Below are positions 49,284 through 60,116 of a stretch of DNA of 64,000 bases, one piece after another. Position 1 is the first letter of the stretch. The number at the start of each line of letters is the position of its first letter. The notes below the pieces were generated by a model. That model did no database searches. It saw only the letters and a list, made by a program, of their open reading frames with translations, and was not told the DNA's origin. Made by a program: the position numbers and the translations under genes. The DNA comes from an uncultured Patescibacteria group bacterium (GTDB lineage: Bacteria > Patescibacteriota > Microgenomatia > UBA10105 > UBA927). The stretch is from the NCBI GenBank assembly GCA_937921305.1, contig CAKZSU010000003.1, positions 116,599-180,598 on the forward strand. The letters run 5' to 3'.

Positions 49284-49997
49284 TTATTGACGAGCAAAAA
49301 TTATTACAACACCTTCTGGAAATATACTTGTCATAAAATTTGTTGGATCTGACCTTAAAAAAGACGAAACCCTACGAATACCACGTCGATCATTAAATTC
49401 ATTCCAAAATGCTAATCGATTTGGCGGTGCCATGTAATCGCCATCGACAGTAACAATAATGAGACTTTGTGGAGCAATAAAATTATTATCAAGCACATGT
49501 CTGATAGCTTTTGCCCAGCTCTCCTCTCGAGAAAGATCCAAAAAATCTGGAGAGCGAATCAGAAGAACATTTGGAAGCCGATTATGATCACCACGAAGAT
49601 CACCTAATTCAATTTCTTGCCCATACTTTGGAATAACAGAAAATGAAATATTCTGCACAACACCTGGACCCCAAAACATTTCTAACGTTTGCCTATCGGA
49701 TTCAACATGAGGATCAACTCCTACATACCTCACAGGTGGCTTTCTACCATCCGGAAGACGACACAAAGCAATAGAAAATGGATCACGAGGAAGTGTTCCA
49801 CAACCTAAGGAAAAAACATAAAGTGGCAACTGCCCATTATACACATGAGCATCTGGGTGATATATCATAACATGAGCAAAAACAGCAGCAAAATTAGCAT
49901 CCATTTCAGAGAAAAGATTTGTTTTTGGAAAAGAGAGATCCAATTTCCAAGGAGTTCTCTTGGAAAAATCTTCTGGAGAACAAGTTGATTCAGTCAT
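49284..49997 (-). CDS. hypothetical protein, possibly a divergent class I SAM-methyltransferase fold
   Basis: FSLGCGTLPRDPF resembles motif I and YVGVDPH a post-I acidic strand. It lies immediately downstream of ftsZ. Weak call. Confidence 0.3.
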   Translation of the reverse strand: MTESTCSPEDFSKRTPWKLDLSFPKTNLFSEMDANFAAVFAHVMIYHPDAHVYNGQLPLYVFSLGCGTLPRDPFSIALCRLPDGRKPPVRYVGVDPHVESDRQTLEMFWGPGVVQNISFSVIPKYGQEIELGDLRGDHNRLPNVLLIRSPDFLDLSREESWAKAIRHVLDNNFIAPQSLIIVTVDGDYMAPPNRLAFWNEFNDRRGIRRVSSFLRSDPTNFMTSIFPEGVVIIFARQ

Positions 49998-50000
49998 GGT

Positions 50001-51182
50001 TTATCCCCCTCGCTGGCGAAGGAACGCTGGAATATCGAATTCGTCTTCTTCTGGCGGAGTATCGTCTGTTGGCGGAAGCTGGATAGTTTGATTCTGTTGA
50101 TGGGAAAATCCAGAAGACGCTCTCCCTTGCAAAGATGGAGATTGATGATACATCGTCGTTGATGGCGCTGAAAACACCGATTGATTGCTATAGACCGTCC
50201 GTTGGGATAAATCTTTCAGCCGTTTTTTTGTCTCGTCAAAACCTGTCGCGACGACGGTGATTTTCACCTGATCAACCATCGAATCCACAATTGTCGCTCC
50301 AAAAATAATATTCGCGTCTGGATCAACGGCCTGAGCAATCGTCTTCGCGGCTTCATCCACTTCTGCCATCGTCAAATCTGGACCGCCGGTAACATTGAAC
50401 AATACACCTTTTGCTCCCTCCACAGATACTTCCAAAAGCGGAGAAGCGATCGCGGTACGCGCCGCGGTCGCGGCTCGATTCTCCCCAACGCCTGTGCCAA
50501 TTCCCATCAATGCCGATCCGGAATTTGTCATAATCGCCCGAACATCAGCAAAATCTACATTGATCAATCCCGGCATCGTAATAAGATCAGAGATACCCTG
50601 CACACCCTGACCTAATACAGAGTCGGCCACACGAAACGCTTCAAGAAGCGTCATCTTCCGATCAACCACATCAAGGAGTCGTTGATTTGGAATAACAATC
50701 AGCGTATCGACTTTATCTTTGAGGTTTGCAATGCCTTCTTCAGCATTAACCATTCGTCTTGCGCCTTCAAATGCGAATGGCTTTGTGACCACAGCAACAG
50801 TCAACGCGCCAAGTTCTTTCGCGATCTCCGCGACCACCGGCGTAGCGCCAGTTCCTGTACCTCCTCCTTCTCCGCAAGTTAAAAAAACCATGTCCGCGTC
50901 TTTGAGGTGATCTTTGATTTTATCGCGAGATTCCTCCGCAGCCTTAAATCCAATTTCCGGATTTCCTCCCGCGCCGAGCCCACGCGTCAACTGCTCACCT
51001 ATTTGAACTTTTGTGGGGGCTTGCGATGTGAGAAGCGCTTGGGCGTCGGTATTCATCGCGATAAAGTCGACGCCAACAATTTGCGTGACACTAATCATGG
51101 AATTAATCGCGTTTGTTCCTCCGCCGCCAATCCCAACAACTTTTATTTTCGCGAATCGGGCAATATCGGGTTTAATTAACAT
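50001..51182 (-). CDS. ftsZ: cell division GTPase FtsZ
   Basis: Tubulin signature [18 protein letters not shown] and a C-terminal disordered tail. Confidence 0.95.
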   Translation of the reverse strand: MLIKPDIARFAKIKVVGIGGGGTNAINSMISVTQIVGVDFIAMNTDAQALLTSQAPTKVQIGEQLTRGLGAGGNPEIGFKAAEESRDKIKDHLKDADMVFLTCGEGGGTGTGATPVVAEIAKELGALTVAVVTKPFAFEGARRMVNAEEGIANLKDKVDTLIVIPNQRLLDVVDRKMTLLEAFRVADSVLGQGVQGISDLITMPGLINVDFADVRAIMTNSGSALMGIGTGVGENRAATAARTAIASPLLEVSVEGAKGVLFNVTGGPDLTMAEVDEAAKTIAQAVDPDANIIFGATIVDSMVDQVKITVVATGFDETKKRLKDLSQRTVYSNQSVFSAPSTTMYHQSPSLQGRASSGFSHQQNQTIQLPPTDDTPPEEDEFDIPAFLRQRGG

Positions 51183-51213
51183 AGATGTCGTAAATGAGGA
51201 GCAGGTGCTATGG

Positions 51214-52539
51214 TTATGGCAAAAATGACTTTAACAGATTCATGATCTTTCCCGCAAGACCCTTATTGGATCCTTTTTGTCCTCCTTTTCCAAACATTGA
51301 AAAGAAAGATCGTGACTCTTCATTTCGTCTTGCCTGCGCGCCGTAAAGAAGCAACCCAACACTCGTCGCATATGCCGGCGTCATGATTTCATCAATAAGT
51401 CCACGAACACGCATTGGAATACCCACACGAACAGGCATCGCAAGATTTCTTTTCACACAATCAAGAATCCCTACAGTTTCTGCCCCGCCACCAGTTAATA
51501 CCACACCAGACGGTGTCAAACCGCCAAACCCGCTTCGCTTGATTTCCAACGCAACCATGGTAAAAATTTCATTTAATCTCGGTTTGATAATCCCCTCAAC
51601 CAATGTTTTTCTCGATAATTTCTTAATATCTTCCGCAAGATTAAGGTTTGACACATCAAATTCGTCATTGCTCTGCTGCTTCTTCTCATCTTTTCCCGAG
51701 GATGATTGATCTTGCCGATATGGAATCGGAGGAAGCGCTGGCGTTTTTGGCAGTTGACCAAGCTTGAGCTTAATTTTTTCCGCACTTTCCAAAGAGATCC
51801 GAAGCCCAGCGGCAAGATCTTTTGAAATATGAACAGCTCCAATTGGAATCACCGAAGAATACGACAACGCGCCTTCCACAAAAATCGCTACATCTGTGGT
51901 CTCCCCGCCAACATCCACGACAATCGCACCGAGATCTTTCTCCGTGTCTGATAACACCGCCGTTGCAGACGCCAACCCGCTAAACACAAGACCCGCAACA
52001 TCCACGCCCATTTCTTGAACACACTTATGCAAGTTCCGTATTGCGGTAACACCTCCCGTAACAAGATGAGCATCAACTTCAAGACGAATTCCTGTCATCC
52101 CCACAGGATCAACAATGTCTTCTTGCTGATCCACCTTATATCCGCGAGGCAATACATGAAGAATTTCTCGAGACGAAGGAATAGAGACCGCTTTTGCCGC
52201 TTCAATCACACGATTGACATCATGTTCAGTAATTTCTTTATCAGGTTCGGATACCGCCACAACGCCATGCGAATTAATCGACGCAATATGATTTCCGCTA
52301 ATAGAGACATACGCTTCTGGCGCAGAAACGCCAGCCATCCGTTCTGCCGCTTCAAGAGATTGCGCGATTGCTGAGGATGCCTCATCGATATTCACCACTT
52401 GCCCTTTGCGAATACCCCTGCTTGTCACCGTGGAAACACCGACAATATTTGCGTATCCATCTTCTGTTAATGAAGCGATAAGCGTGACGATTTTCGATGT
52501 GCCGATATCAATACTTGAAATAATGTTGTCTCTTGCCAT
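51214..52539 (-). CDS. ftsA: cell division protein FtsA (actin-like ATPase)
   Basis: DIGTSKI N-terminus, actin-fold phosphate motifs ([10 protein letters not shown]) and a position upstream of ftsZ. Confidence 0.9.
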   Translation of the reverse strand: MARDNIISSIDIGTSKIVTLIASLTEDGYANIVGVSTVTSRGIRKGQVVNIDEASSAIAQSLEAAERMAGVSAPEAYVSISGNHIASINSHGVVAVSEPDKEITEHDVNRVIEAAKAVSIPSSREILHVLPRGYKVDQQEDIVDPVGMTGIRLEVDAHLVTGGVTAIRNLHKCVQEMGVDVAGLVFSGLASATAVLSDTEKDLGAIVVDVGGETTDVAIFVEGALSYSSVIPIGAVHISKDLAAGLRISLESAEKIKLKLGQLPKTPALPPIPYRQDQSSSGKDEKKQQSNDEFDVSNLNLAEDIKKLSRKTLVEGIIKPRLNEIFTMVALEIKRSGFGGLTPSGVVLTGGGAETVGILDCVKRNLAMPVRVGIPMRVRGLIDEIMTPAYATSVGLLLYGAQARRNEESRSFFSMFGKGGQKGSNKGLAGKIMNLLKSFLP

Positions 52540-52560
52540 ATGTTTAGTATAGTTCCCTTT

Positions 52561-53247
52561 TTATGGAATGATAACTGGGTTTACAAACCGCAGATCAATC
52601 ACTTGAGGAACTTGTCCCTTCATTCTAAATCCCTTCAGAAGAGTATGTAAAGTATCAGATGTTTTCTTTCCGTCTCCGTCTGAGCGAACGAATACAGTCG
52701 TATCACGCATGCTAATCTCAAGAAACCCATCACTATTCAACACGATTGCTCGAATATCCTCAATAGACCGAAACGATTGAATAATTGAGATGCTCATATC
52801 AACTCCTTTCCCTGACACGGTTTTTCCCGCTTTCATTTCATCAACCGGTAGGCGAAGCGTCGGAAGAGACACAGACGCAGAACTTTCAAACAACATCCGC
52901 TCCTCATCCACCGCGAGCGTTCTTCCAGCATATTCTAAGAAGGCAATTGGTTCCCGAAGAGTGAATTGAATAATCAATCGATGAGGATACCTTTTTATAA
53001 AACGAACATTTTTTACCCTCGGATATTTTTGAACTATAAATGTTTTCATTTTTTGTTCAGGAAAGAAAAGAAGATTCATCGGTATTTGCGATGGATCAAT
53101 CTCCACAGTAACATGCGATGGTTCAGTGTGAATCTCGCGGATCTGAAAAAGAGACAATACACCAAACACTCCGATAAGGAAAAAGCAAACAAATATTCCA
53201 ATTCGAACAACAGGATACGAAAGCAATCGAATGATCCGCCGTTTCAT
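52561..53247 (-). CDS. ftsQ: cell division protein FtsQ/DivIB (POTRA domain)
   Basis: Single TM followed by a POTRA-like beta-rich domain, between murG and ftsA. The ATG at 53247 abuts the murG stop. Confidence 0.6.
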   Translation of the reverse strand: MKRRIIRLLSYPVVRIGIFVCFFLIGVFGVLSLFQIREIHTEPSHVTVEIDPSQIPMNLLFFPEQKMKTFIVQKYPRVKNVRFIKRYPHRLIIQFTLREPIAFLEYAGRTLAVDEERMLFESSASVSLPTLRLPVDEMKAGKTVSGKGVDMSISIIQSFRSIEDIRAIVLNSDGFLEISMRDTTVFVRSDGDGKKTSDTLHTLLKGFRMKGQVPQVIDLRFVNPVIIP

Positions 53248-54296
53248 AGATAAGAGAGAATCACATCGCATAACCGCTTTGTTCCATCAATAGGCACAGA
53301 CAGGTATTCTCGTTTTGGCAGAGATTCCAACGCATTAATAGATTTAATGAATGTTTTATCAGACGCATCTTTTTGATGTAATAAAACTGTGGGCGCATAG
53401 AAAGCAAGCCATTCAGCATTTACTTTTTGCTCGTGTTGCAACGGCAATGGAATAAGGAGAGACGGCGTTTTGGTCACCGCAAGCTCATACACGCTATTTG
53501 CACCAGCTCGACTCACAACAAACTTTGCGTTATGAAGCAACCACGACGCGTCGGGCGGATCGATGTACGGCGCGATATAGTATCGGTTCTTAAGTTCAAT
53601 CGGGAGCATATCTCGAATCATAGTCGCTTTTTCCCAAGAAACCAACCCGGTCTGATGCGCGATAACATATCGCGTCAACAATACTCGAGCCACTCGAAAG
53701 AACAGATCATTGACAAACACCGCGCCAGTCGTGCCTCCTGTCACATAAAGTATCGGACGAGACGATAAAAAAGGAATTGAAGGTTTATCCGGCGGATGAA
53801 GGATTTCGTATCGAAGCGGAAATCCCGTATAAATATATCGTCCTTTTGCCATGTCTTCATAACTTACACACACCGCGCTCGCGAGATATCGAAGCGCCGC
53901 GTTCCCCATCCCAAAGCTATGCGTCTGCTCATGAATCACCAAAGGAATACCGCGAATAATCGCGGCTATTCCCACAGCGGTTCCCACATACCCGCCAAAC
54001 GACACCACGACGCGAGGACGAAGTGAGGATAAAAATTGAGCAATCGATATGACAGAACGAATAAATGCTATTCCCTCTCGAGGACGGGGAATATCTATTA
54101 TATGCGTATAATTACAAAGAGAACACATAATCTGTTCTTCTATTGAGTTAGAAGTTTGTTCAGCAGAAGCAAACACTCTCCGTCTGCCGATAAACACTAG
54201 CGATATCGTCTTCTCTCGCTGTTTCAAATCTTTCGCAACAGCATAAGCTGGAGAAAGATGACCGCCAGAAATCACAAGAACACGACGCGTATTCAT
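53244..54296 (-). CDS. murG: undecaprenyldiphospho-muramoylpentapeptide beta-N-acetylglucosaminyltransferase
   Basis: GT28 two-domain layout with an N-terminal VLVISGGHLSPAYAVA G-loop, between ftsW and ftsQ. Confidence 0.75.
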   Translation of the reverse strand: MNTRRVLVISGGHLSPAYAVAKDLKQREKTISLVFIGRRRVFASAEQTSNSIEEQIMCSLCNYTHIIDIPRPREGIAFIRSVISIAQFLSSLRPRVVVSFGGYVGTAVGIAAIIRGIPLVIHEQTHSFGMGNAALRYLASAVCVSYEDMAKGRYIYTGFPLRYEILHPPDKPSIPFLSSRPILYVTGGTTGAVFVNDLFFRVARVLLTRYVIAHQTGLVSWEKATMIRDMLPIELKNRYYIAPYIDPPDASWLLHNAKFVVSRAGANSVYELAVTKTPSLLIPLPLQHEQKVNAEWLAFYAPTVLLHQKDASDKTFIKSINALESLPKREYLSVPIDGTKRLCDVILSYL

Positions 54297-55426
54297 TTTG
54301 TATACTTGCTTATATTTAACACGATACCAAACGCGGAAAGCAAAACAACAAGACTAGACCCGCCGTAGGATATAAACGGCAACGGCACACCGGTAAGCGG
54401 AAATAACGCGATAATCGCGCCAATGTTGATCGCCGATTGCAATCCAAACCACGCGATCACGCCAACAATAATCAGTCTTGCAAACAGATCAGGAGATCGT
54501 CGAGCAATACGAAATAATCGCCAAAGAACAAAAAGATACCCAAGAAGAACTATTGACGATCCAATAAGCCCAAATTCCTCCGCGACAATGGCAAATATCG
54601 CGTCAGTATTTGCTTCTGGAAGGTAATCATGTTTTTGCCGAGACTTTCCCGCGCCAACGCCAAACACTCCTCCTGAACCAATGCCAAGAAGTGCTTGACG
54701 AATCTGGTACGACGCGCCGTATGGATCTCGCTCTGGATTAAGGAATGTCGTAATTCGTTGCAACCGATACGGCGCGGCAAGAGCAAGGACAAGCAAAATT
54801 ATCACAATCACAGGAACAAGTCCCAAAAACTGCTTGATCGGCGCTCCGGAGATAAAGTACATAGTTAATGAAATAATCAACAAAATAATACTTGTCCCCA
54901 TGTCAGGTTGGAGCAGGACAAGTCCCACCGTGGCGCCCAAAAAAAATAGAAACGCGGAGAACCGTTCTTGTTCTTTTTTGCATAACCACGCGGCAAGATA
55001 GAGGATGACGGCAAGTTTTGCGAATTCAGACGGTTGAAAACTTGTAAATCCCAAATTGATCCATCGACTCGCTCCCATCACCCGAACCCCAATCACAGGC
55101 AGAAATACCGCGATCAATAAACACAAAGTCACGACAATAAAAGGAACAGACGCGACATACCACGCGGTATAGGTAATGCGAGAAGTAATGAATAACGCAA
55201 CCAATCCAACACAAAACCACATCAGTTGTTCTTTAATAAAGAAAAATGGGGAACCAAAATCGCGTAACGCAATCGCGGTGGATGCGTTATAAACCATAAT
55301 CAGCCCAAACATGCTTAACGCTAACACCAACAGAAACAACACCCCATCACCCCGATGCTCTGAAGCGTTTGTTTTTTTTGTTGCAAGATTGATCCAGCGT
55401 GATACTGTAGCGTGTACGCGTTTCAT
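54293..55426 (-). CDS. ftsW: SEDS family lipid II flippase/polymerase FtsW
   Basis: Ten TM helices and a SEDS C-terminal motif, next to mraY and murG. The ATG at 55426 (MKRVHATVSRW) avoids overlap with mraY. Confidence 0.75.
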   Translation of the reverse strand: MKRVHATVSRWINLATKKTNASEHRGDGVLFLLVLALSMFGLIMVYNASTAIALRDFGSPFFFIKEQLMWFCVGLVALFITSRITYTAWYVASVPFIVVTLCLLIAVFLPVIGVRVMGASRWINLGFTSFQPSEFAKLAVILYLAAWLCKKEQERFSAFLFFLGATVGLVLLQPDMGTSIILLIISLTMYFISGAPIKQFLGLVPVIVIILLVLALAAPYRLQRITTFLNPERDPYGASYQIRQALLGIGSGGVFGVGAGKSRQKHDYLPEANTDAIFAIVAEEFGLIGSSIVLLGYLFVLWRLFRIARRSPDLFARLIIVGVIAWFGLQSAINIGAIIALFPLTGVPLPFISYGGSSLVVLLSAFGIVLNISKYTK

Positions 55427-55436
55427 GAAAGATGTG

Positions 55437-56483
55437 TTACGGGCGCGAAGTCGTGAGCAACGCGGCCCATAACCCAATAACGGCCAACACAATCGCGAGA
55501 ATCCAAAACCGCATTACAATTTTTGTTTCCGGCCATCCTCGATATTGCAACCAAAGATGCAACGGCGCGGCAGGGATTAATTTTCTTTTGAAGATCATTT
55601 TGCTTAACAACTGGATAAGAGAGAAAAACACTTCAACAACAAAAATTCCGCCAATAATCACTAACACAGGCATTTTTCCTAACAAGATGCCCACCACGGC
55701 AAATGTCGCGCCAAAGGACAACGCGCCGGTGTCTCCCAAAAAAATTCTTGCCGGGTGAACATTAAAATAAAGAAACGCGAGGAGCGATCCAATCCATAAC
55801 GCGATAAACACAGACAACGGCGCATCAAGAATAGAACTTGATATCGTCCAAAACGCGCCAAGAGCGATCATTAAGACGCCAGATGCCAATCCATCTAATC
55901 CATCAGTAATATTAAACGCGTTCGCAAACGCGATGATGGTAAACATGGAAAACGGGAAAAATAACCACCCAAGATCAAGAACGCCGATAAACGGAATATG
56001 CAAAATTGTTATGCCAAGATCAAACACAAGCCAATAACTGACGATCGCGGCAAGAACCAACTCAAGAAATAATTTGTGCCTGAGACGCAATCCAAAAAAT
56101 CGCTCTCGTTTCCACGCAAATGTTTTTTTCGCATCATCAATTAATCCCAAAATGCCAAACGATATGAATGTGAAAAGAATAATCTTTACCTCTGTCACCA
56201 GAGAATACACCGATGTCACAGGAAGCCAAAAATATTCCATAAGGAAAAGAAGAATTGGAAGCATGACTGAAACAAACACGATAATCAAGAGCCCGCCGCC
56301 AACAGGTGTTCCCGCTTTGTGCGAATGAAAGGAATCAAAGATAGGTGTTCGCTTTTCAAAGATATCAAGAGTTTTTTGTCGCTGCCTCTGAAACTTCCAT
56401 TGATAAAGCAACTTAATAAATGGAATATAAAGAGCGCTCGTGATAATGTATGAAAACAGCAAAACGCCGAGAAGAAATACCAT
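55437..56483 (-). CDS. mraY: phospho-N-acetylmuramoyl-pentapeptide transferase
   Basis: NAFNITDGLDGLASG and a C-terminal HH motif region with a multi-TM layout. Confidence 0.9.
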   Translation of the reverse strand: MVFLLGVLLFSYIITSALYIPFIKLLYQWKFQRQRQKTLDIFEKRTPIFDSFHSHKAGTPVGGGLLIIVFVSVMLPILLFLMEYFWLPVTSVYSLVTEVKIILFTFISFGILGLIDDAKKTFAWKRERFFGLRLRHKLFLELVLAAIVSYWLVFDLGITILHIPFIGVLDLGWLFFPFSMFTIIAFANAFNITDGLDGLASGVLMIALGAFWTISSSILDAPLSVFIALWIGSLLAFLYFNVHPARIFLGDTGALSFGATFAVVGILLGKMPVLVIIGGIFVVEVFFSLIQLLSKMIFKRKLIPAAPLHLWLQYRGWPETKIVMRFWILAIVLAVIGLWAALLTTSRP

Positions 56484-56489
56484 AGAAAT

Positions 56490-56864
56490 TTAAGAAAATA
56501 TGATCCCCGCGACGCGAGGACCAAAAATAATCATGGCGACAAGAGTGGCGCCAAACGCGATAAAGAGCATCATGCCAGCAGCGACATCTTTTGCAATTTT
56601 CGCTTCTTTTTTCCACTCTTGCGTCACAAGATCCGTAATCGCCTCAAGACTTGTGTTTACCAACTCGCCAGTAATTCCAAGAACAATCGTAAACACAATG
56701 ATCGTCCACTCTACTGGCGTAATTTGGAAGACATACCCGAGGGCAATCGCAAATAAAGAGAGCGCCACATGCACACGAAAATTTGGTTGCGTGGTAAACG
56801 CCCAAAAAAGACCATCAAACGCGTGCTTAAAAGATATCGTGTGTTGGCGAATCAACTTTTTCAT
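56490..56864 (-). CDS. dgkA: DgkA-family lipid kinase (diacylglycerol/undecaprenol kinase)
   Basis: 124 aa, three TM helices and the family's conserved acidic motif (GELVNTSLEA). Confidence 0.7.
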   Translation of the reverse strand: MKKLIRQHTISFKHAFDGLFWAFTTQPNFRVHVALSLFAIALGYVFQITPVEWTIIVFTIVLGITGELVNTSLEAITDLVTQEWKKEAKIAKDVAAGMMLFIAFGATLVAMIIFGPRVAGIIFS

Positions 56865-56881
56865 ATCATGAGTATAGCATG

Positions 56882-57871
56882 TTAATATCCCTTCTTTATC
56901 CTTCGGATGGCTTCAATGCATCGAGGGATACAATAAAAAGGAGATACCGGATAATCCTGTGCGTGAAGATATCGACTCTCCTCTCCTCCGAACCCTTGCT
57001 TAAATAGCGTAATTCCTTTCCATGGATGAGAGACAGATTCGCTTGGCGCGACACCCCAGAAATTATAGAGTTTCATACCTCGACGCTTCGATTCCTGAAT
57101 CGCGATCCACTGAATAAGATGCGCGCCAGACGGCGACCCTCGCAACGAGGCGCCGTAATGATAGATTGCCTGTCCGCCAAAAAATAATATGATCGCCGAA
57201 GCGATAACTCGTCCTTCGTATTCCGCGTAATACAAAACCGCGTGATCGTTCCGAGAAAATACATCAAATTCTTCTTGAATACCTTTATGCGGAACGAATC
57301 CTTGTCGTTTTGCTGTTTCTTTATAGAGAGCAAAAAACTGCGAAAGATCGTCGGACCTATAGACGCGGACACCCATCCGTTCTGCTTTTTTTATTTCATA
57401 TCTCGTGGTTTTTCTCATCTGCGAAAAGATCGCATCAAGCGGAGAATCCAACGGCAATACCCAGCAGACTTCCGCATCCATCGCATGAATGGCCGCAGGC
57501 TTATATCCTGCCGAAGCAAACGATTGTTGAAAAGATTCAGGAATTAACGGATTGACACGAAAAAATAACACATGCTCCTGTTTTGCGCGGATCTTCATAA
57601 ACTCCGTAAATGAAGAAATTGTCTCTTCCGTATATTCTTTAAGAACAGGTCCATGACGAATATGGAGAAACGATCCGCGTCTCGCAAGAACTTTGACAAC
57701 CTGAAATATACCAACACACTCTTTTCTTTTCCACATGCCATATCGCTGTACAGAATCTCCTGTCTTTTCCAAAACCTCTCCCCACTCCCACGACTGAAAT
57801 AATGCGTGAGAAGCAAAACGAAACAACACATCGTCCCACTGTTTGTTATGAGTAATTAGTTCAATGTTCAT
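56882..57871 (-). CDS. FemAB-family aminoacyl-tRNA-dependent peptidoglycan interpeptide-bridge transferase
   Basis: ~330 aa with a double GNAT-like fold and FemAB/FemX-like segments (ALFQSWEWGEVLE..., GQAIYHYGASL...). Confidence 0.7.
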   Translation of the reverse strand: MNIELITHNKQWDDVLFRFASHALFQSWEWGEVLEKTGDSVQRYGMWKRKECVGIFQVVKVLARRGSFLHIRHGPVLKEYTEETISSFTEFMKIRAKQEHVLFFRVNPLIPESFQQSFASAGYKPAAIHAMDAEVCWVLPLDSPLDAIFSQMRKTTRYEIKKAERMGVRVYRSDDLSQFFALYKETAKRQGFVPHKGIQEEFDVFSRNDHAVLYYAEYEGRVIASAIILFFGGQAIYHYGASLRGSPSGAHLIQWIAIQESKRRGMKLYNFWGVAPSESVSHPWKGITLFKQGFGGEESRYLHAQDYPVSPFYCIPRCIEAIRRIKKGY

Positions 57872-58205
57872 GCGTCAATCCGCGAAGAATAATCGAAAAT
57901 ATCGTCATTAGAATTGATCCGGCAAGCGCTGTCCCGATTCCATCCACAGAAAATCCCGGGGTAATCGCACTTGCAAGCAGCAAGATCAGCGCATTGATCA
58001 CAAAAAGAAACACTCCCAATGTGATCATTGTCACTGGAAGGGTGAAAAGAACAAGAATCGGCTTTACCAATACATTAAGGAATCCAATGACGCCGCTTGC
58101 AAGCACTGCTTGCAAAAAACTATCAACATGAATCTGTGGCAGAAGCATCGCGACAAGATACAATGAAAGCGAATGAATCCCCCATGTCAAAACAAGCGAT
58201 TTCAT
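57861..58205 (-). CDS. DUF360 / phage-holin-4-2 family small membrane protein
   Basis: 114 aa, four TM helices and an LP...TLG.FLFVINALIL pattern. Confidence 0.5.
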   Translation of the reverse strand: MKSLVLTWGIHSLSLYLVAMLLPQIHVDSFLQAVLASGVIGFLNVLVKPILVLFTLPVTMITLGVFLFVINALILLLASAITPGFSVDGIGTALAGSILMTIFSIILRGLTHEH

Positions 58206-59398
58206 ACGATTGATTCTATCACGCGCATAACTTTCTTTGCTTCCGATTGCGTAACGCGCATTGGAAGATTCACAATTTTTTTACAGTATGCTTCTGCATT
58301 CGGGCAAGATCCAAGAACATACCCAGCAGCGGAAAGATCAACGCCTTTTGGATCTATTGGCGTTACATACCATCGGCCAAGCAAGACGCCGCGAGCTTTC
58401 GCTTTTCGGATAAGGTCATCCGGATTATCAACAAATATCGGATACCGAAGATATATCGCATCGCTGTAATCTGATCTTTTTCTATATATATTTGCGGCCA
58501 TTCTTCGCATGGCTTGAAATCGCGGAAGTTTTTTGATCTGATGAAGGGCGAGCGCTGTCAACGCGTGTGGATACTTCTGAGGAAATATACCCGGATTGCC
58601 ACCTTCCTTTTCCTCGCGATACACAGGAAATGAAAGCCACCCAAGTTTTTGAAACGCCACAAGTAGAACCTTTCCTATCCCTATCGTGTACCATGGCAAA
58701 ATCAACGCAAAGGCGATTGGATGAAAAAGTTGTTGCGCAATCCATCTATATGATGGATATGCCAATGTTTTGTATTGCTTTTCTAATCGTTGAAACGCTT
58801 CGGAATCTCGAATAATCGCCGCTCCGCCAAACACGCTAGAAATCACTTTGTCTCTTCCAAAGCTAAAAAATGCTGCGTCTCCCCACGATCCAAGCATTTT
58901 CCCTCTGTACGATACGCCAAGCGCGTGAGCGCAATCTTCGATCACGAGAATGCTATGCTTTCTTGCAAATGCCACTATTTCGTCTATCTTTGCCGGAACT
59001 CCGAATGTGTGCTGAACGATAATCGCTTTTGTTTTCTCGGAGATCTTCTTTCTAATTGTTTCAACCGTCAAATTTAGCGTGTCATCAATATCGGCGTACA
59101 CCGGTGTCGCGCCTGTCCACAAAACGCTATTCGGCACCGCGACACAGGTAAACGCTTGAACAATCACTTCATCGCCCTTCTTAACACCAAACGCCCGCAA
59201 TATTTCATACTCCGCAGATCTGCCACTGTTATAAAACAGTATATGATCTGTGCTATATTGACGAGTAAACCATGTTTTTAGCGTTTGCTCCGCGTCTCCT
59301 GTCCTCCACCGCCATGGCGTCAACATCATGCGGATCGCTAAGACAATATCGTCAATTTCTGTGTTTGGAGAAAGAGATGGAGAGATTGGATGAAACAT
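58202..59398 (-). CDS. DegT/DnrJ/EryC1/StrS family PLP-dependent nucleotide-sugar aminotransferase
   Basis: The N-terminus ISPSLSPNTEIDDIVLAI aligns with the family's IPLSRP...E..AV start. The lysine-region motif FSFGRDKVISS is present. Confidence 0.8.
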   Translation of the reverse strand: MFHPISPSLSPNTEIDDIVLAIRMMLTPWRWRTGDAEQTLKTWFTRQYSTDHILFYNSGRSAEYEILRAFGVKKGDEVIVQAFTCVAVPNSVLWTGATPVYADIDDTLNLTVETIRKKISEKTKAIIVQHTFGVPAKIDEIVAFARKHSILVIEDCAHALGVSYRGKMLGSWGDAAFFSFGRDKVISSVFGGAAIIRDSEAFQRLEKQYKTLAYPSYRWIAQQLFHPIAFALILPWYTIGIGKVLLVAFQKLGWLSFPVYREEKEGGNPGIFPQKYPHALTALALHQIKKLPRFQAMRRMAANIYRKRSDYSDAIYLRYPIFVDNPDDLIRKAKARGVLLGRWYVTPIDPKGVDLSAAGYVLGSCPNAEAYCKKIVNLPMRVTQSEAKKVMRVIESIV

Positions 59399-60116
59399 AT
59401 TTTTTTATAAATCGCTCTATGACATCGACAAATTCTTTTGGTTTCTTATATGGAACATTGTGACCAACATCTTCGATCATTTCAAACATGCTTCCTGGAA
59501 TCGTCTGCTTCATTTTTACGCCAATGCGAACAGGAACAATGCTATCTTTCTCGCCCCAAATTAACAAACATGGGACATGAAGATGTTTCATGTCGTCAAC
59601 AAGAGGTTCGCTTACCACCTGCTTAAATGTTTCTCTCATTGTTCCTTCAGCACGATAATATTCTCGAGCTCCGACGAGATAATAATACCACTTTCGAATC
59701 ATTTCGGTTAAAAAAGATAATGTGGGTAATGAAAGAACTCGTTTTCCAATTTTTGCAAGCACAATAAAGAACAATAATTTTGTTCGAGAAACTGGCGTAT
59801 ATCCAGGCGTTCCAGACAATACAAGTACTCGAATATTTTTTTTATACAATGTTGCATATCGAAGACCGACTCGTCCACCAAATGAATGACCAATCAATAT
59901 TGGATCATTAATGTGTTCTTTTTCTAGCACCATTCTGACATATTTCGCGTAATCATTAAGTGTGTAGGGCCGTTCAGGGCTTTTGCATTCGCCAAACCCC
60001 GGAAGGTCGAGTGAAACCGCCCGATAGCCTCGCCGCTCTAATTCTTCTTGCAAGGGTATAAATATCTTTTTCGACAGTCCCCATCCATGCAAGATCACAA
60101 ACACAGGATTTTTCAT
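59352..60116 (-). CDS. alpha/beta hydrolase fold protein
   Basis: Nucleophile elbow LIGHSFGGRVG and an HGWG oxyanion region. Confidence 0.75.
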   Translation of the reverse strand: MKNPVFVILHGWGLSKKIFIPLQEELERRGYRAVSLDLPGFGECKSPERPYTLNDYAKYVRMVLEKEHINDPILIGHSFGGRVGLRYATLYKKNIRVLVLSGTPGYTPVSRTKLLFFIVLAKIGKRVLSLPTLSFLTEMIRKWYYYLVGAREYYRAEGTMRETFKQVVSEPLVDDMKHLHVPCLLIWGEKDSIVPVRIGVKMKQTIPGSMFEMIEDVGHNVPYKKPKEFVDVIERFIKKYVSSNLSISFSKHRN